Assembly (NCBI GenBank): GCA_043228905.1 | Contig: JBHGNT010000006.1 | Coordinates: 20,026,001 to 20,090,000, forward strand | Direction of reading: 5' to 3' | Origin: Azolla caroliniana | Lineage: Eukaryota > Plantae > Polypodiophyta | Length of the DNA: 64,000 bases | In this document: positions 60,338-64,000 of the stretch, piece by piece | Numbering within the stretch: position 1 is the first letter of the stretch | How the letters are laid out: each line of letters starts with the position of its first letter | Program-made: the position numbers and the translations under genes | The notes under the pieces: model-generated | The model's database searches: none | What the model saw: the letters and a program-made list of their open reading frames with translations, nothing else | What the model was told of the DNA's origin: nothing

Positions 60338-61504
60338 ATGGCCACCGTTAGCGCTGAAGAGTATCAATCCGTTTTCTCGGAATTTCAATGCTTGAAAGAG
60401 AAGTTTCATGCTTTGGAACAAGAAAATCAACGCTTGTTGGGGGATCTTCAGCAAATTTCCTTAGAAAAGCAGCAAACGCAACAACAGCATGGGGAACTTG
60501 CGTTACGCGTGCAACAACTCGAAGCAACCATCGTAGCAATGCAACAACAAGGGTACGGAGCACAAGGGATTCATAAAGAACCCAAGATTGGCCTTCCCAC
60601 GAAGTTTGATGGAACGCGATCGCAGTTTAGAGGGTTTCTTAACCAGGTACGGTTAGTTATTCAAATGCATCCGTCCCGATATCCCACCGATGCATCACGA
60701 GTGGGTTTAGTAGGCACGTTGTTAAATGGCTCAGCATTAGCATGGTTCGCTCCGCTACTAGAAAAGGAATCTCCAGTACTAAATAATTTTGAAGAATTCA
60801 TAAATGAGTTTAAAGCATGTTTTGGAGATACTGACAGCATAAGGACTGCAATCAACAAAATCTGGCGATTACGCCAAGGTGACCGTCCAGCCTCCGCATA
60901 TGCTGCAGATTTCCGCCTACTCGCCGCCGATATCCCCTGGGATGATCAAGCATTGATGGAGCAGTTCCGCTATGGTCTACGCAACGATGTCAAGGATTTA
61001 CTCTTGACTTTCCCTGAAGAGCCAAAATCATTAACAGAAGCAATCAGTCGAGCGGTCAGATGTGACAACCGCCTCTTCGAGCGACGTTCGGAACGACAAT
61101 TTCAGATGCCGAGGGCAAGATCCGAGCCTACCTATGCCTCAGTGGTAGCAAAACCTTTTCAAAGGGAGTCACATAATGCGCCTCCAGTAAGTACTCCAAC
61201 TCCAATGGAAATTGACACTACACGTCGTCGTGGGCCGCTATCGGAGGAGGAAAAGCAACGACGCCGAACAAACCGATTATGCCTTTATTGCGGTGGACCA
61301 GGGCATATCGCGATAAACTGTCCCCATAGACCAAGAAGGCAGGTAAACCAAGTCGTTGTTAGTTCTGACTATACTAAACCCGAGTCTATTTCAGTAGGAA
61401 TCTCTGATAGTCCTCATAGTCATAGTCCTAATAGTACTAATAGTCCGAATCTCGCAAACAAATTTGATGTCCTTAGCCAATTAGAAGAAGAGTTAAACGA
61501 CTAA
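60338..61504 (+). CDS. Ty3/Gypsy Gag, 388 aa
   Basis: N-terminal coiled coil, PTKFDG..., SALAWF, LRQG...YAADF, FRYGL, PMEID and Zn knuckle CLYCGGPGHIAINC. Confidence 0.93.
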   Translation: MATVSAEEYQSVFSEFQCLKEKFHALEQENQRLLGDLQQISLEKQQTQQQHGELALRVQQLEATIVAMQQQGYGAQGIHKEPKIGLPTKFDGTRSQFRGFLNQVRLVIQMHPSRYPTDASRVGLVGTLLNGSALAWFAPLLEKESPVLNNFEEFINEFKACFGDTDSIRTAINKIWRLRQGDRPASAYAADFRLLAADIPWDDQALMEQFRYGLRNDVKDLLLTFPEEPKSLTEAISRAVRCDNRLFERRSERQFQMPRARSEPTYASVVAKPFQRESHNAPPVSTPTPMEIDTTRRRGPLSEEEKQRRRTNRLCLYCGGPGHIAINCPHRPRRQVNQVVVSSDYTKPESISVGISDSPHSHSPNSTNSPNLANKFDVLSQLEEELND

Positions 61505-64000
61505 GTCCAGCCAAAATAGGAGCCGTTTGGTTGGACAGCCCTAGATCTGTGCAGCCCATTAGTGGTTCCATTCCCTCTAAGCAAGTTAGTGATGTGTTCG
61601 TAGCCCAAGTAGCAGTTAGTACTAAAAGTACCCCTCCAGTACATACCTTAGCCCTTCTAGATTCCGGAGCTAATTCTTGCTTCATGGATAGGAATTTTGC
61701 CCGAGCTCATCAGATATCTCTCAGAAAGCTCCCATGTCCAGCCTCAGTAGTAGTCATTGATGGTCGTCCCATTGCTTCTGGTAATATCATAGAAGAGTCG
61801 GAACCCGTTAATATTGTCCTAGATAACTTAACATGTGTAGTATCATTTAATATTATTAGTATTCCAGAACATCCCATAGTTTTAGGATTACCATGGTTCG
61901 AGTTACATAACCCAGACATAGATTGGAGGACAAGGGAAATCCGGTTGCGACAAACCCAAGGATCTACCCAGAAGGTTGCAACCATTTCGCTACGTCAGTT
62001 GCGTGAGGAAGGGCGCAAGGAGGAAATGTTTCTCTTCGCAATATCAGTACAACCCTCCAGTACCACCAAAGAGGAGTCCACCGTTCAACTTCCCGAGAAG
62101 TATCGTCAGTATGCTGATGTGTTCGATAAAGTACAAGCCAACACACTTCCTCATCATCGGCCGTACGATTGCGCCATCGACTTACAACCGGGAAAAGAGC
62201 CGCCATGGGGGCCGATCTACAATTTGTCACCAACCGAGCTAGAAGTCCTTCGAGCCTATATAGAGGAGAATTTGGAGAACGGTTTCATTCGGCATTCGAA
62301 ATCTCCAGCCGGCGCACCCATTTTCTTCGTCAAGAAAAAAGATGGCTCGCTTCGACTCGTTGTAGATTACCGTGGCTTGAATAAGGTCACAGTAAGAAAT
62401 AGGTATGCTCTTCCCCTTATCTCAAGTCTTTTAGAACGGATCAACGGTGCCAGGTTCTTCACGAAGATCGACTTACGAGGAGCCTATAACCTCGTACGGA
62501 TCCGACCAGGAGATGAATGGAAGACCGCGTTTCGCACCAGATATGGGCACTTCGAGTATACGGTCATGCCGTTCGGACTCACTAATGCGCCGGCAGTCTT
62601 CCAGCACATGGCGAATGATATATTTCGAGATCTCTTGGATGATTTTTTGATCATCTATTTGGATGATCTACTGGTTTATTCAAAGACCCAAGAAGAACAT
62701 GATTCTCATGTACTATTAGTACTAAAACGACTTCGAGAACATGGTCTGTATGCAAAGTTAGAGAAATGTAGTTTCGGGTGCAACCAAGTGGAGTTTCTCG
62801 GCTATGTCATCTCCTCAGAAGGCATATCTATGGACCCAGCCAAGGTCAAAACGGTGATAGAATGGCACACTCCGCGTTCGGTGCGGGATGTGCAATGCTT
62901 CCTAGGCTTTGCAAATTTTTACCGGAAGTTCATACAAAATTACTCAAAAATTGTGCTGCCTCTCACACATCTCACCAGGAAGGGACAATCATTCCTTTGG
63001 TCTAAAGAGACGGGCATGGCTTTCGAGAGTCTTAAGAAGGCGTTTACATCAGCTCCAATTTTAGGTCATGTGGATCCGGAAAAACCATTCATTATCGAAG
63101 CTGACGCATCGGATTTCGCATTGGGGAGCATTCTGTCACAACAGGGTAACGACGAGAAGCTACATCCTGTGGCTTTCCACTCCCGTAAGTTTGACGCCGC
63201 CGAAATCAACTACGAAATTCATGATAAAGAGCTATTAGCAATAGTTGATTCTTTTATGCAATGGAGGCATTTCCTGGAGGGATCTCCTCATCAGGTCACT
63301 GTATTCAGTGACCACAAGAACCTTGCCTACTTTCAAGATGCTCGTGTACTGAATCGACGTCAAGCTCGGTGGGCCCACTTCCTCACACGCTTCGACTTCA
63401 AAATTACATATCGTCCGGGGAAGCACCAAGGGAAGGCAGATGCATTATCACGGCGTTCGTATCTAACACCACGTCCTGGTGAGCCAGCTTTCGATAACCA
63501 GAAGCAAGTAATCTTGGGTCCAGCACGACTGCAAGCAGCACAGGTCTTTGACATGCCCGTGGATTCCGACATTACCAATACTATACGTGAGGACTTGAAG
63601 ACTGACGCTTTCGCCCAAGCTATACTAGCACAAATTGACCCCTCTCGAGCGTCATGTTCACAATCACAATCACCAGGTACGGATTATCGGCAATTCAAAT
63701 ACTGTGATGGATTACTCTTCTTTAAAGAACTTTTGTATGTTCCTAATGGTTCTTGCCGCCTTCGAGTAGTACAAAACTGCCATGACACATATACAGCAGG
63801 ACATTTTGGTAGTACTAAAACATTAGATTTAGTACAACGATCATTCTGGTGGCCCCGTATGCGACAATTTGTCGAAGATTTTGTTCGGACTTGCGATACA
63901 TGCTGCAGAGCGAAAATGCCAAGACATCATCCATATGGTTTATTAGAACCATTACCAATTCCAAGCAAGCCATGGCAATCCATTGCTCTTGACTTCATTA
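61477..64000 (+). CDS. Ty3/Gypsy Pol (PR-RT-RNaseH-IN start), -1 frame relative to gag, open to the window end
   Basis: The frame opens after TAG at 61474-61476. Protease ALLDSGA (61651), RT VMPFGLTNAP and YLDD (62656), RNase H DASDFALG and DKELLAI, integrase H..GH..C..C (from 63781). No stop was seen at the positions checked. It is absent from the ORF track, consistent with no stop before the window end. Confidence 0.92.
61492..61543 (+). promoter_or_regulatory. Predicted -1 programmed ribosomal frameshift signal (slippery heptamer plus stem-loop/pseudoknot)
   Basis: G_TTA_AAC at 61492-61498 in the gag frame, a 6-nt spacer, then an 11-bp stem 61505-61515 / 61526-61536. Loop TAGG can pair with CCTA at 61540-61543. 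Confidence 0.75.

Larger units (their letters stand above)
59747..64000 (+). mobile_element. Ty3/Gypsy LTR retrotransposon (Tf1/sushi/Tcn1-like), 5' part; runs off the window
   Basis: Putative 5' LTR 59747-60236 (TGTCATGAAG...GTTCCTGACA, imperfect terminal IR; TATAAAA at 59948). Followed by gag and then PR-RT-RH-IN in Ty3 order. The 3' LTR is outside the window, so LTR limits are inferred. Confidence 0.92.

Overview
Eukaryotic nuclear DNA from a land plant, probably a fern or other non-seed plant (inferred from the PLS-PPR style and a Tcn1/Tf1-like Ty3 element; the species cannot be determined). Seven host genes were reconstructed by hand from GT-AG splice sites: the 3' end of a long-chain acyl-CoA synthetase, an organellar-type ribosomal protein uS17, an ERD2/KDEL receptor with a 1-nt frameshift, a PLS-E PPR protein, nucleoporin Nup133, a beta carbonic anhydrase and an NFD4/nodulin-like MFS transporter. 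Much of the rest is transposon-derived. This includes a three-level nest (Copia inside Copia inside a truncated LINE) just upstream of ERD2, a degenerate LINE inside a putative Mutator/foldback-like element, several hAT-type MITEs, and the 5' part of an apparently intact Ty3/Gypsy element. That Ty3 element is the most striking object. It has no tRNA primer site but has a 12-nt self-priming duplex (Tf1-type), and it has a G_UUA_AAC slippery site plus a predicted pseudoknot for -1 gag-pol frameshifting. No wholly new biological system can be demonstrated from this sequence alone. All alignments and translations were done by eye and no database search was run.
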